From assembly GCF_964213995.1 (NCBI RefSeq), contig NW_027590186.1:620001-684000 (forward strand): 64,000 nt of DNA, in the 5' to 3' direction. Below are positions 35,540 to 48,844 of the stretch, one piece after another (positions within the stretch are counted from its first letter, which is position 1; every line of letters begins with the position of its first letter). Origin of the DNA: Mustelus asterias. Taxonomy: Eukaryota. The notes under the pieces were generated by a model. It was not told the DNA's origin. It did no database searches and was given only the letters and a program-made list of their open reading frames with translations. The position numbers were made by a program, and so were the translations under genes.

Positions 35540-36045
35540 AAACAAACAAAATGCTGGAAAATCTCAGCAAGTCTGACAACCACTGTGGAGACAGAATAGA
35601 GCCAACGTTTCGAGTCTGGATGACGCTTCGGCAGAGTATTCCTGATGCGTTGGAGAGATCATCATTGTTTCTAATAATGTGTCAGAGAAGCTGCATAACT
35701 TTCCTGTGAAATGGGAATAGTTCAAATCGATACTGTTTAATTATATACACTATTTAGAGTCACACACAAGTTGTATCAATTCAAATACCGATTCCAAATA
35801 TCATAATCAACTTCTCCATCCGAGCTAACCTAATCAACGCCTCAATCATTAACTATATCCTAAAAAAACTTCCTTCGCACTATCCACCCTCAACATTTCT
35901 CAATTTCATCACCCTCTTCAATTTTCTCCAAATAAAAAATGGTCATCCTGACTCAAAACGTTGGCTCTATTCTCTCTCCACAGATGCTATCAGACCCGTT
36001 GAGATTTTCCAGCATTTATTATTTTTGTTTCAGTTTCCAGAATTT
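35540..36045. mobile_element. Inverted pair of Penelope-like terminal-repeat fragments (35540-35637 minus; 35940-36045 plus)
   Basis: aaaatgctggaaaatctcagc...gccaacgtttcgagtctggatgac and its reverse complement gtcatcctgactcaaaacgttggc...gagattttccagcattt. Confidence 0.6.
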
Positions 36046-36361
36046 GCTTTTATCAAAATACTGAATATATTTGGTGAAATAATTGTTTATCTCTATGAAT
36101 TGATGATAATTGGGGAATTGGAACAAACCCGCCTGGAAATTCCACTCCAATACACTCATAAACATGACTTGGCCATATATTGCCGTTCATTTACTGTCGC
36201 TGCGTCGGAATCCAGGAGCACCCTCCCTAACAGCACTGTGGGTGTGCCTACACTGCAGGTTGTGCAGCGGTTCAAGAAGGCGGCTAACCACTAGTTTACT
36301 GAATGCAAAGAGCAATGGAGAATAAATGATGGCCATGACAACATCGCCTGCCTTCCATAAA

Positions 36362-38041
36362 ACATAGAACATAGAACATAGAACATTACAGCGCAGAACA
36401 GGCCCTTCGGCCCACGATGTTGCACCGACCAGTTAAAAAAAAACTGTGACCCTCCAACCTAAACCAATTTCTTTTCGTCCATGAACCTATCTACGGATCT
36501 CTTAAACGCCCCCAAACTAGGCGCATTTACTACTGATGCTGGCAGGGCATTCCAATCCCTCACCACCCTCTGGGTAAAGAACCTACCCCTGACATCGGTT
36601 CTATAACTACCCCCCCTCAATTTAAAGCCATGCCCCCTCGTGCTGGATTTCTCCATCAGAGGAAAAAGGCTATCACTATCCACCCTATCTAAACTTCTAA
36701 TCATCTTATATGTTTCAATAAGATCCCCTCTTAGCCGCCGCCTTTCCAGCGAAAACAATCCCAAATCCCTCAGCCTCTCCTCATAGGATCTCCCCTCCAT
36801 ACCAGGCAACATCCTGGTAAACCTCCTCTGCACCCTCTCCAAAGCCTCCACATCCTTCCTGTAATGTGGGGACCAGAACTGCACACAGTACTCCAAGTGC
36901 GGCCGCACCAGAGTTGTGTACAGTTGCAACATAACGCTACGACTCCTAAATTCAATCCCCCTACCAATAAACGCCAAGACACCATATGCCTTCTTAACAA
37001 CCTTATCTACTTGATTCCCAACTTTCAGGGATCTATGCACACATACACCTAGATCCCTCTGCTCCTCCACACTATTCAAAGTCCTCCCGTTAGCCCTATA
37101 CTCAACACATCTGTTATTCCTACCAAAGTGAATTACCTCACACTTCTCCGCATTAAACTCCATCCGCCACCTCTCGGCCCAACTTTGCAACCTGTCTAAG
37201 TCTTCCTGTAAACTACGACACCCTTCCTCACTGTCTACCACACCACCGACTTTGGTGTCATCAGCAAATTTGCTAATCCACCCAACTATACCCTCATCCA
37301 GATCATTAATAAATATTACAAACAGCAGTGGCCCCAAAACAGATCCCTGAGGTACACCACTTGTAACCGCACTCCATGATGAATATTTACTATCAACCAC
37401 CACCCTCTGTTTCCTATCCGCTAGCCAATTCCTGATCCAATTTCCTAGATCACCCCCAATCCCATACATCTGCATTTTCTGCAGAAGCCTACCATGGTGA
37501 ACCTTATCAAACGCCTTACTAAAATCCATATATACCACGTCCACTGCCTTGCCCCCATCCACCTCCTTGGTCACTTTCTCAAAAAACTCAATAAGGTTAG
37601 TAAGGCACGACCTACCTGCCACAAAACCATGCTGACTATCACCTATCAATTCATTACTCTCCAAATAACTATAAATCCTATCCCTTATAATTTTTTCCAA
37701 CATCTTGCCGACAACAGAAGTGAGACTCACCGGTCTATAATTCCCGGGGAAGTCTCTGTTCCCCTTCTTAAACAATGGGACAACATTCGCTAACCTCCAA
37801 TCTTCTGGTACTATACCAGAGCCAACGACGACCTGAAGATCAGAGCCAGAGGCTCTGCAATCACTTCTCTTGCCTCCCAGAGAATCCTTGGATAAATCCC
37901 ATCCGGACCAGGGGATTTATCTATTTTCAGACCCTCCAGAATATCCTGCACATCCTCCTTATCAACTGTAATACTGTCTATTCTACTCCCTTGCAACCCA
38001 GTGTCCTCCTCAGCTATATTCATGTCCCCTTGCGTGAACAC
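36362..38041 (-). mobile_element. Young 5'-truncated CR1 LINE
   Basis: 438-aa open RT ORF at 36459-37775; (ttctatg)n tail. Confidence 0.92.
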
Positions 38042-39186
38042 CGGAAAGTAATTTTTAATATGCTAATCATTATGAATGATTGAGAACTGCTGAATGAATT
38101 ATTAAATTGTGAATGAACAACAAAGAACAAAGAACAATACAGCACAGGAACAGGCCCTTCGGCCCTCCAAGCCCGCGCCGCTCCCTGGTCCAAACTAGAC
38201 CATTCTTTTGTATCCCTCCATTCCCACTCCGTTCATATGGCTGTCTAGATAAGTCTCAAACGTTTCCAGTGTGTCGGCCTCCACCACCTTGCCTGGCAGC
38301 GCATTCCAGGCCCCCACCACCCTCTGTGTAAAATATGTCCTTCTGATATCTGTGTTAAACCTCCCCCCCTTCACCTTGAACCTATGACCCCTCGTGAACG
38401 TCACCACCGACCTGGGGAAAAGCTTCCCACCGTTCACCCTATCTATGCCGTTCATAATTTTATACACCTCTATTAAGTCTCCCCTCATCCTCCGTCTTTC
38501 CAGGGAGAACAACCCCAGTTTACCCAATCTCTCCTCATAACTAAGCCCCTCCATACCAGGCAACATCCTGGTAAACCTCCTCTGTACTCCCTCCAAAGCC
38601 TCAACGTCCTTCTGGTAGTGTGCCGACCAGAACTGGACGCAGTATTCCAAATGCGGCCGAACCAACGTTCTATACATCTGCAACATCAGACCCCAACTTT
38701 TATACTCTATGCTCCGTCCTATAAAGGCAAGCATGCCATATGCCTTCTTCACCACCTTCTCCACCTGTGACGCCACCTTCAAGGATCTGTGGACTTGCAC
38801 ACCCAGGTCCCTCTGCGTATCTACACCCTTTATGGTTCTGCTCCTCCCTACATTATTTATAGCTCCTCCCTACATTATTTCTACCAAAATGCATCACTTC
38901 GCATTCATCAGGATTGAACTCCATCTGCCATTTCTTTGCCCAAATTTCCAGCCTATCTATATCCTTCTGTAGCTTCTGACAAGGCTCCTCACTATCTGCA
39001 AGTCCTGCCAATTTTGTGTCGTCCGCAAACTTACTGATCACCCCAGTTACACCTTCTTCCAGATCATTTAAATAAATCACAAACAACAGAGGTCCCAATA
39101 CAGAGCCCTGCGGAACACCACGAGTCACAGGCCTCCAGCCGGAAAAAAGACCCTTCCACTACCACCCTCTGTCTTCTGTGACCAAG

Positions 39187-39422
39187 TAAGAAGTTTAACA
39201 ACACCAGGTTAAAGTCCAACAGGTTTATTTGGTAGCAAAAGCCACACAAGCTTTCGGAGCTGCAAGCCCCTTCTTCAGGTGGACTCACCTGAAGAAGGGG
39301 CTTGCAGCTCCGAAAGCTTGTGTGGCTTTTGCTACCAAATAAACCTGTTGGACTTTAACCTGGTGTTGTTAAACTTCTTACTGTGTTCACCCCAGTCCAA
39401 CGCCGGCATCTCCACATCATGA
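39187..39422. mobile_element. Palindromic Penelope-like terminal element with a 14-bp target duplication
   Basis: ~95-bp perfect inverted arms centred near 39283; flanked by cttctgtgaccaag at 39173-39186 and 39423-39436. Confidence 0.8.
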
Positions 39423-40152
39423 CTTCTGTGACCAAGCCAGTTCTCCACCCATCTAGCCACCTCCCCCTTTATCCCATGAGATCCAACCTTTTTCACCAGC
39501 CTACCATGAGGGACTTTGTCAAACGCTTTACTAAAGTCCATATAGACGACATCCACGGCCCTTCCCTCGTCAACCATTCTGGCCACTTCTTCAAAAATCT
39601 CCACCAGGTTAGTGAGGCATGACCTCCCTCTCACAAAACCATGCTGACTATCGTTAATGAGTTTATTCCTTTCTAAATGCGCATACATCCTATCTCTAAG
39701 AATCTTCTCCGACAACTTTCCCACCATGGACGTCAAGCTCACCGACCTATAATTACCCGGGTTATCCTTCCTTCCCTTCTTAAATAACGGGACCACATTA
39801 GCTATCCTCCAATCCTCTGGGACCCCACCTGCATCCAGTGACGAGACAAAGATTTGCGTCAGAGGCCCAGCGATTTCATCTCTCGTCTCCCTGAACAGGC
39901 TTGGATAGGTTCCATCAGGCCCTGGGGATTTGTCAGTCTTTATATTCTCGAACAAACCTAACACTTCCTCCTTTGTAATGGAGATTTTCTCCAACGGTTC
40001 AAAACTCCCCTCCGAGACACTCCCAGTCAACACATCCCTCTCCTTTGTGAATAGCGACGCAAAGTATTCATTTAGGATCTCCCCTACTTCTTTGGGCTCC
40101 AAGCATAATTCCCCACTTTTGTCCCTGAGAGGTCCGATCTTTTCCCTGACAA

Positions 40153-41347
40153 CCATAAGACCATAAGACCATAAGACATAGGAGCGGAAGTAAGGCCATT
40201 CGGCCCATCGAGTCCACTCCACCATTCAATCATGGTTGATTTCAACTCCATTTACCCGCTCTCTCCCCATAGCCCTTAATTCCTCGAGAAATCAAGAATT
40301 TATCAATTTCTGTCTTGAAGACGCTCAACGTCTCGGCCTCCACAGCCCTCTGTGGCAATGAATTCCACAGACCCACCACTCTCTGGCTGAAGAAATTTCT
40401 CCTCATCTCTGTTCTAAAGTGACTCCCTTTTATTCTAAGGCTGTGCCCCCGCGTCCTAGTCTCCCCTGTTAATGGAAACAACTTCCCTACGTCCATCCTA
40501 TCTAAGCCGTTCATTATCTTGTAAGTTTCTATCAGATCTCCCCTCAACCTCCTAAACTCCAATGAATATAATCCCACGATCCTCAGACGTTCATCGTATG
40601 TCAGGCCTACCATTCCTGGGATCATCCGTGTGAATCTCCGCTGGACCCGCTCCAGTGCCAGTATGTCCTTCCTGAGGTGTGGGGCACAAAATTGCTCACA
40701 GTACTCCAAATGGGGCCTAACCAGTGCTTTATAAAGCCTCAGAAGTACATCCCTGCTTTTGTATTCCAAGCCTCTTGAGATAAATGACAACATTACATTT
40801 GCTTTCTTAATTACGGACTCAACCTGCAAGTTTACCTTTAGAGAATCCTGGACTAGGACTCCCAAGTCCCTTTGCACTTTAGCATTATGAATTTTGTCAC
40901 CGTTTAGAAAATAGTCCATGCCTCTATTCTTTTTTCCAAAGTGTACGACCTCGCACTTGCCCACGTTGAATTTCATCAGCCACTTCTTGGACCACTCTCC
41001 TAAACTGTCTAAATCTTTCTGCAGCCTCCCCACCTCCTCAATACTACCTGCCCCTCCACCTATCTTTGTATCATCGGCAAACTTGGCCAGAATGCTCCCA
41101 GTCCCGTCATCTAGATCGTTAATATATAAAGAGAAGAGCTGTGGCCCCAACACTGAACCCTGCGGGACACCACTTGTCACCGGTTGCCATTCTGAGAAAG
41201 AACCTTTTATCCCAACTCTCTGCCTTCTGTCTGACAGCCAATCGTCAATCCATGTTAGTACCTTGCCTCGAATACCATGGGCCCTTATTTTACTCAGCAG
41301 TCTCCCGTGAGGCACCTTGTCAAAGGCCTTTTGGAAGTCAAGATACA
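40153..41347 (-). mobile_element. Young 5'-truncated CR1 LINE nested in an older CR1
   Basis: 368-aa open ORF at 40242-41348; (tcttatgg)n tail. Confidence 0.9.
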
Positions 41348-42199
41348 TTGTTCCTAATGTATGAATAAAATGCCTTGGGATTCTCCTTAATCCTTAATCC
41401 TGTCTGCCAAGAACATTTCGTGACCCCTTTTTGCTCTGCTAATTCCCCGTTTGAGTTCTTTCCTACTTTCTTTGTACTCCTCCAGAGCTCCCTCCGTTTT
41501 TAGCTGCCTGGACCTAACATACGCATCTCTTTTCTTTTTGACCAGTCCCTCAATTTCCCTGGTTATCCACGGTTCTCGAATCCTACCCTTCCTATCCTTT
41601 TTTACAGGCACATGCCTGTCCTGTATCGTCATTGGATCGTCATTGTTGAAAATAATTACTTTCTTTCTGAACATTTATGACATTCTCCTTATCTGCTGGA
41701 AGATTTTAAGTTGTAAGTTTGTTTATTCGTGTTATAAGTAGGCTTACTTTCACACATCAATGAAGTTGCTGTGAAAATCCCCCAGGCGCCACACTCCAGC
41801 GCCTGTTCGGGTACATTGAGGGAAAATTTAGCCTGGCCAGTGCATCGAGTCTAGGTAAACTTATCAGTAATTATTACTAACACACTGGACTCTGTCTCAG
41901 TTTATATCTGTCTCAGTCCTGTATCAGTAATTATTACTGACGCACTTGTCTCTATCTCAGTTTATCTAATGTTAGGTCCAGTATCATTAATTACTGGGTT
42001 CTCTCTCAGTTCACATCGTACAAACTCCTATATCCAGTAAAATTGCACGAGACACTGTCTCGGTTTTCTTTTCCTCGACAATGTCATATATATTTTTAAT
42101 GTTTCTTTCATGGGATGTGGGTGTTACTGGAAAGAGCAGCATTTGGCCTTTGACCATCCCCGCATGGCACTCGGAAGTAACTTATTTCCGTTTTGTTGG

Positions 42200-42815
42200 G
42201 TCAGGCGAGGTTATATCGCATCTGTATAAGGTGCTGGTGAGGCCACACCTCGAGTACTGTGTACTGTTTTGATCTCCTTACTTGAGAAAGGATATACTGG
42301 CATTGGAGGGGGTGCAGAGGAGATTCACTAGGTTGATTCTGGAGTTGAGAGGGTTTGCTTATAAGGAGAGACTGAGTAGACTGGGGCTATACTCATTGGA
42401 ATTCAGAAGAATGAGTGGAGGTCTTATAGAAACATAGAAGATTATGAAGGAAGTAGACAAGATAGAAGCAGAGAAGTTGCTTCCACTGGCGGGTGAAATT
42501 AGAACTCGGGGGCATAGCCTCAAAATAAGGAGAAGCAGATTTAGGACTGAGTTGAGGGGGAATTTCTTCACACAAAGCGTTGTGAATCTGTAGAATGGCC
42601 TGCCCAGTAAGCAGTTGAGACTACCTCATTCAATGTCTTTCAGGCAAGGATAGATACATTTTTGAACAGTAACGGAATTAAGGATTATGGTGAGCGGGCG
42701 GGTAACTGGAGCTGAGTCCACAAAAAGATCAGCCATGATCTTATTGAATGGCAGAGCAGGCTCGAGGGGCCAAATGGCCTACTCCTGCTCCTAGTTCTTA
42801 TGTTCTTATGTTCTA
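42200..42815 (+). mobile_element. CR1 LINE 3' fragment
   Basis: LYKVLVRPHLEYCV; (ttcttatg)n tail. Confidence 0.85.
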
Positions 42816-43394
42816 GGCCCCTGTGCAGATTAGAATAGAGTCCGTCTCTGTTAATACTTTGTTGGACCAGAACTCAGTTTATATAGCACTAGACACACTC
42901 TCTGGTTATGTAATATTTGATCCTGACCCTCCGCATATTTGACTAGACTGTGTCAGTGTCATTCCTGCACTTAGCTATGCCTATGTTTGAATTATATTTA
43001 CAATACTCCTCGTTATGCAAGAAGAAGAGATAAAATGTTGGGATAAAAACATTGGTGTCTGGCAGGATCCTGAAATGGGCAGTATTGGATCGACAATATT
43101 TGGTCAGTGCAAGATTGGAGGGCCGAAGGGCCTGTCCCTTTGCTGTAATTTTCTTTGTTCTTTGTTGACAGTGCATGCTATACAGACAGAGTTGTCCAGC
43201 GCAATATAAACTCATTTCTGATCCAGCAGAGTATTAACAGAGACAGACACTATCCACTTCCAATGCAGTCAGCAGAAGTAGATATCAGACATCGCTTCTG
43301 CTTTTCCATTGCCCAAGACCTCGTAGAATTCAAATGTTTAGGAGGATGCGGAGAATTGTGCTCCCCCATCCACTTTCCTCGGTACTGGCATTAT

Positions 43395-43700
43395 CCAGTG
43401 CAATAAAAACTGAGACCATGTCAAATGCAATATAAACGTGGACAGGGTCAAGTGCAGAAATAAGACTGCATCTAGTTTAATACAAAGAGAGACAGGTCAA
43501 AATTAATATAAACAGACACAGCGTCTAATGTAATAAAACAGGGAAAGCATCTCGATTGATATGAGTAGAGGTAGGGTGTAGTGCAATACAAAAATAGATC
43601 GGGTCTAGTGCAACATAACCAGAGGCATGGCCTTATATAATATAAGCTGACACAGGGTACATTTACTGTAATATAAAGAGACTTGTTCATTCCCCATGCA
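43395..43700. repeat. Degenerate ~26-27-bp tandem repeat
   Basis: Recurring agtgcaata.aaac.gagaca.ggtc-like units. Confidence 0.55.
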
Positions 43701-43714
43701 ATTTGGATAGACGG

Positions 43715-44370
43715 CCTGCTGCCCCATCAAAACCTCACAGGGCAGGACTAACATGGGGTTAGCTACAGAATGTAAAGCTCACTCTACATTGCCAAATTAA
43801 ACACTCCCAAGGCAGGAATAGCATGAGTTAGAGACAAAGTAAACCTTCCACGACACGTTCCAAATCAAACATTCCCAGACAGGTGGACTGCCTAGAAACA
43901 GAGTGAAGCTCCCTCTACAAAGTCTGCTCAAATTCAATGAAAGCATAAAGACCAGGGACTCTCTTCTCTGTAAAACCTGTTCTGCACTCTTCCTTCAGAG
44001 ATTCGGGAGGTAGGTTTGAATTGGTGTTAGGTACAGGGGAAACAGCCCTCTACACAGTCCCATAAACAGACCCAGGTCAGGTAAACAGAGATTAAAAACG
44101 GATAAAATCTCCCTTTACAAAATCATATCAAACATTCAAAGCGCAGGTACAGTGAGTTAAGATGCAGAGTTAATATTCCTCTACTCTGTCAAGTCAAACA
44201 TTCCAAGGATAGGGACAGCACAGGCTAAATACAGGAAAAGATCCTTCGGTACTGCCACATCGAATCCTTATCACAAGGTACAACTGAGGTTAGATATGGT
44301 GGAAAATGTATCAAACACTCCATAATCATTGCATAGCTCAATAGATCTTTTAGAGTAAAGCTCCCTCGCG
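43715..44370 (+). repeat. Degenerate ~65-bp tandem satellite
   Basis: Recurring tcaaacactccca.ggcaggtacagca.gggttagatacagagtaaagctccctctacac-like units. Confidence 0.75.
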
Positions 44371-45214
44371 GATTTCAGTTCATTGAATTGCATTATTTCA
44401 TAAGCCTATAACTCTGGCTGAGAGAATACATTGGGCAGACATTGACTCCAATGTTGTAGAGTCAAGCGATGAAACATCTTGGAGAGACAAGACACAGAAA
44501 CAGACATGAGAAAGACACAGGGAGAGATGAAACACAGGAAATTTCCAGGTACACATTTGCCGTGTCGTTACATTTCGGGATCAGAGGGTTTTTTTCCTAA
44601 TTCTGAACGTAGATATCATCATATCTTATTTCCTCACATAATTTATGAAGAAATAATGTCAAAAAACAATCATGACTGGAATCCGTTGATTGATTTCCAT
44701 ATTTGTCTCTATTTCTGTGCTGCGTTGGTGGGGAAATATTTGTTGTGTTTTTGTCAGTCAACAATCTAATCTGGGATTTCTATTTCTGTGTATTTACATA
44801 AGCAACTCACTGTTTACATCGAAATGTTCATGGCAGCAAAACCAGATAAACCGTCACTTATTGATTAGTTTCAATTTGAAATAGTGGTTATTATAAGAAT
44901 ATTAACAGTTGGTTCAAAATGAATAGAAACCTTTTTAACACACATTACACTAGATGCCATTTAATTAAAATAAAATAATACGTTATATTTGAGAATTTGT
45001 TCTGAAAGATCTGATGTCACAATAAATAAAATATCTGTGAACAGGCTGGTATTCCACTGAATGATAATTTGATTGTTGATTTAACTTGCTTCAAGTAGAC
45101 AAGTTTAAAAAAAACAGATCTGATGTGTGAAATCTTCCTGTCACAAATAGTGATCACACTCACACGGGAAGAATGAAACATCCAGTGTGGTTATCACTTA
45201 CAGATGCAATTAGC

Positions 45215-45680
45215 ATTGCTGGGTCACAGCGGCAGGGAAGCGGGTTCGATTCCAATCTTGGGTGACTCTCTGTGTGTGGTTTTCACATTCTACCCATGTC
45301 CATATGAGTTTCCTCCGGGTGCTCCGGTTTCCTTCCACAATCCAAGGATGTGCAGATTAGGTGGATTGGCTATGATAAATTGCCCCTCATCGTCCATTGA
45401 TGTGCAACGCAGAATCATAGAATCTCTACATTGCAGAAGCCGATCATTCGGTTCATCAAGTCTGCACCATCTATCCAGCAGAGCATCCTTCCAAAGCCCA
45501 AGGTGGATTGGCTATGGTAAATTGTCGCTTAGTGTCCAACGATGCATAGGTTAGCGGGATTCGCCTGTGAATATGTGTGGTTGTCGGGATAGGGTCAAGG
45601 CTGGGCCTGGGTAGGATGCTCTGCTGGAGAGCCGCTGCAGACTTGATGGACCGAATGTCCTCCATCTGCACTGTAGGGAT
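45215..45680 (+). mobile_element. HE1-type SINE with an internal rearrangement
   Basis: gggttcgattcc B-box, tttcctccgggtgctccggtttcc core and tctgcactgtagggatt 3' end. Confidence 0.75.
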
Positions 45681-46377
45681 TATATCCTGCTATAATCAGG
45701 CAGAGGAATGACTATATTCGCATTAATCTCAGCACTTCCAATTTATTACATTTATTTTGGTACAGCTTGCATTTATCGAACGCTTTGCCCGACCTCATGT
45801 CGTTCCGATGTTCTTAAAACTCACTGATGTTCATTTGCTGATTTTAGTCACTTCTGAAATGTTGGAAATACAGCAGGTAATTTGCGTAAAACAAGCTCCA
45901 CACAAACCGAGATGTGATAAATGGCCAGTAAATTTGCGATTTTGTTTGAAGAATGTGCATTAGGGTAGGATATTGAGGAGAACAGCTTGCTCTTCAGAAT
46001 TATATCAATGAGATTTTGCATCCTGGTTTCGATCTGAAATTTGAATCTGCTTCTCTCTCTCTGCTGATGCCCACTGACCTGCTGAGTAGCATTTGTGTTG
46101 CTTTCGTTTTAGATTTACAGAATCTGCAACACTTTACACTTTGTTATTGATCCTCTAGATGTGAACATCACTGACAAAGTCAAATTTAGTTGTCCCTGCT
46201 GAGAATGCGGTTGTGAACCATCTTGTTGAAACCTGCCCTCTGGATGATTTTATTATTTGATTTTCCATAGCAGCGTAGATACAACTGACTGGCTTGCTCG
46301 GCAATTCCAATAGTGGCTAAGAGTCATTTTCGTCACAGTGGAACTGGAGTCTATGTAGGACAGACAGGGGAAATATA

Positions 46378-46899
46378 GGAATCTTCGGTTTTCAGTTATT
46401 TCCAAAGAGAAGATGTCGTTTGAAGGATAAAATCAAATTACTGCATATTCTGGAATTGAAACCAAAAGAGAAAATGCTGGAAAATCTCATCAGACCTGGC
46501 AATATTTGTGAGGAGAGAAAAAATCTGACGTTTCGAGTCCAGATGACCTTTTGACAAAGCTTTGACAAAGGGTCATCTGGACTCGAAAAGTCAGCTCTTC
46601 TCTCTCCTTACAGGTGCTGCCAGACTTGCTGAGATTTTCCAGCATTTTCTCTTTCCGTTGTTTGAAGTGTCTTTGGGCTGAGTAAATTGATTCTGAATCC
46701 TGGGGCGGAGGAATTGTAGGTTGACCAAGACTATCGTACTGAGTAAGACACTATAAACACTGTTCAGGAACCTGTCGCACCAAGACCAGCCAGTTGCTGC
46801 CACTACTGAACGCTTTGGCTTTACAGGTCAGTCTCAAAGATCCTCAGGGACGCCCGGCTTCTGCCTCTGGCTGAGTCAACACAACCTCCGATTCGACAC
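46378..46899 (-). pseudogene. IGHV: Second IgM-type VH pseudogene, paralogue of 31913-32217
   Basis: [53 protein letters not shown]...APGIQNQFTQPKDTSNN, an insertion, then IFSLEI..KTED. Stops and frameshifts present; YYC, RSS and leader exon absent. Intron and upstream homology to 32225-32980 is seen at ~47250-47660. Confidence 0.88.
46426..46656. mobile_element. Palindromic Penelope-like terminal element inserted in VH framework 3
   Basis: Inverted arms centred on acaaagctttg (~46560); target duplication gt(c/t)gtttgaag at 46415-46425 and 46657-46667. Confidence 0.75.
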
Positions 46900-46934
46900 T
46901 CGTAAACATGTCTAAAATCCTATGAAAACAAAAC

Positions 46935-47245
46935 GCCACGCACCCCGGACATACTCTCTCACCTTTTTCCCATCGGGAACAAAACCCAAAAATCTGAGGA
47001 CACGTACAAACCGTCTGGAAAACAACTTCTTTCCTGCTGCAATCAGACTTTTGAATGGACCTACCTCGCATCAAGTTGATCTTTCTCTACACCCTAGCTA
47101 TGACTGGAACACTACATTATTCACTCTTTCCCTTCCTTCCCTATGTACGTTATGTTCTGACTGTACAATGCGCAAGAAACAATAATCTTCACTGTGTACT
47201 AATATGTGCGATAATAATAAATCAAATGAAATGAAATCAAATCAA
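46935..47245 (+). mobile_element. Rex1/Babar 3' fragment inserted in the VH pseudogene leader intron
   Basis: RTRTNRLENNFFPAAIRLLN; (aaatc)n tail. Confidence 0.8.
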
Positions 47246-48844
47246 ACATAATATATCAAAACCACCAAGGATTATTCCCGGTGAATTGATTGCTGACACT
47301 GGAACATTCCAGAGACAGACGAACACTGAGGCAGTAACAGTGAGATCCATTGTCACGTCTTTGCTAGTCCAAGAGGTGAAATGCATTTGAACATCTGTTA
47401 TAGAAAATAAACAATTTCACTGTAAATTAAGTGCCTTTATTTCTGCACCCCTTCACAAGGGAATGGACATACACAAGATGAGATTACCTTATCAGGGTCA
47501 ACACGTCAGTCTGATTTGCAGTAATTCTGTGTCTCTAACATATTGCAGCAAAAATATAATTCATTACAGGAACTATTATCGATTTATGTAACTTAATGCT
47601 GGAATGATTGTATTTCAGGTGTGGATAGCTATCACTGTAATTTGGGAGTGGATCGAAGAAGGGAAGAAGTGGCTCAAAACAACCTCAAGTCCCTCAGCCT
47701 TTCCTCATAAGACCTTCCCACCAAACCTCTGCACCCTTTCCAATGCATCCACATCCTTCCTATAATGCGGTGACCAGAACTGTACGCAATACTCCAAGTG
47801 CGGCCGCACCAGAGTTTTGTACAGCTGCAACATGACCTCCTGGCTCCGAAACTCAATCCCTCTATTCTCGCGAGACAATTAATCCACAAACTCAACTAAT
47901 GTTCTCAGGACCCGGTTTCGAATCCTGCCATGGCAGATGGTGGAATTTAAATTCAGTAAAAAACATCTGGAATTAAGTAGCTACTTATGACCATGATATC
48001 ATTGTCGATTGTGTACAAACCTATCTGGTTCATTAATGTCCTTTAGAGAAGCAAATATGCCGTCCTTACCTCATCGAGCCGACATGTGATTGCAGAGCCA
48101 CAGCAATATGATTGGCTCTCAACCGCAGTTGGCACCTGATCAGGTGGAGGGGCTGAAACCACAAGGGCATCTCAGGGTCGTGACCTGGGGATATGAAGCC
48201 AAGTTGGGTCTGAGTGGTTTCTGAGGAAGTTGAAGGGCTGCTTTGTGCTGAGGAGTTCAGTGAGGGGTAAAAGAGACGTGAAAAACCCTGGGTTGGGAAG
48301 TTTTGTGTTGGTGCCACATCCCCGGATCGGTGTGCGGTGGCCTCCGCAGGAGAGGCGGGCTGGCCCGACTTGCCTCCTACTCGAGCCCCCGGCTCCCCGC
48401 GTGGCCTCTGCTGCTGCCATTCAGGTTGTGCTCGAGGGTCCACTTGTGCCAGCGCGCGTGGTTGGCATGCCCCTCCCCTGCAGCCATGGCAACGCCGCAG
48501 ACCGTTAACCGTCCCCTCTTTCAAATCTGATTCCGATCCGGGTAAGAACCCGCGCGAGTCCATCAACAAACCACACCCGCTGCAATGCGCATGTGCGACC
48601 CCAACCTCCTCAGCATTCTGCGTACACCGCCCATTGGCCCGCCCCCACATCGCCGCCATCTTTGTTAAGGGCACATTGTTTCTTCATCTTCTGTCCAAAC
48701 GGAGCACGTCTGCCCCACACAAAGATACACATCACTTAATATCAGAGATATTTAAAATATTGTTTTTATCGCCTCAACCGTAACGCCGCATAAAACGTCA
48801 ATAAAACCGACAGGACCTTGTCTCCTCATTCAGCAACCAAAATC

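Larger units (their letters stand above)
38117..41630 (-). mobile_element. CR1 LINE hosting two nested insertions (39187-39422 and 40153-41347)
   Basis: ORF2 pieces at 38195-38800, 38853-39128, 39423-40150 and 41387-41630 are collinear with the 51398-53870 copy. Confidence 0.88.

Noticed and set aside
43395-44370. Regularly spaced repeats superficially like a CRISPR array
   Set aside because: Eukaryotic DNA with degenerate head-to-tail units, no unique spacers and no cas genes.
44690-44735. Hydrophobic stretch resembling a V leader exon
   Set aside because: No ATG, no GT donor and no V exon downstream.
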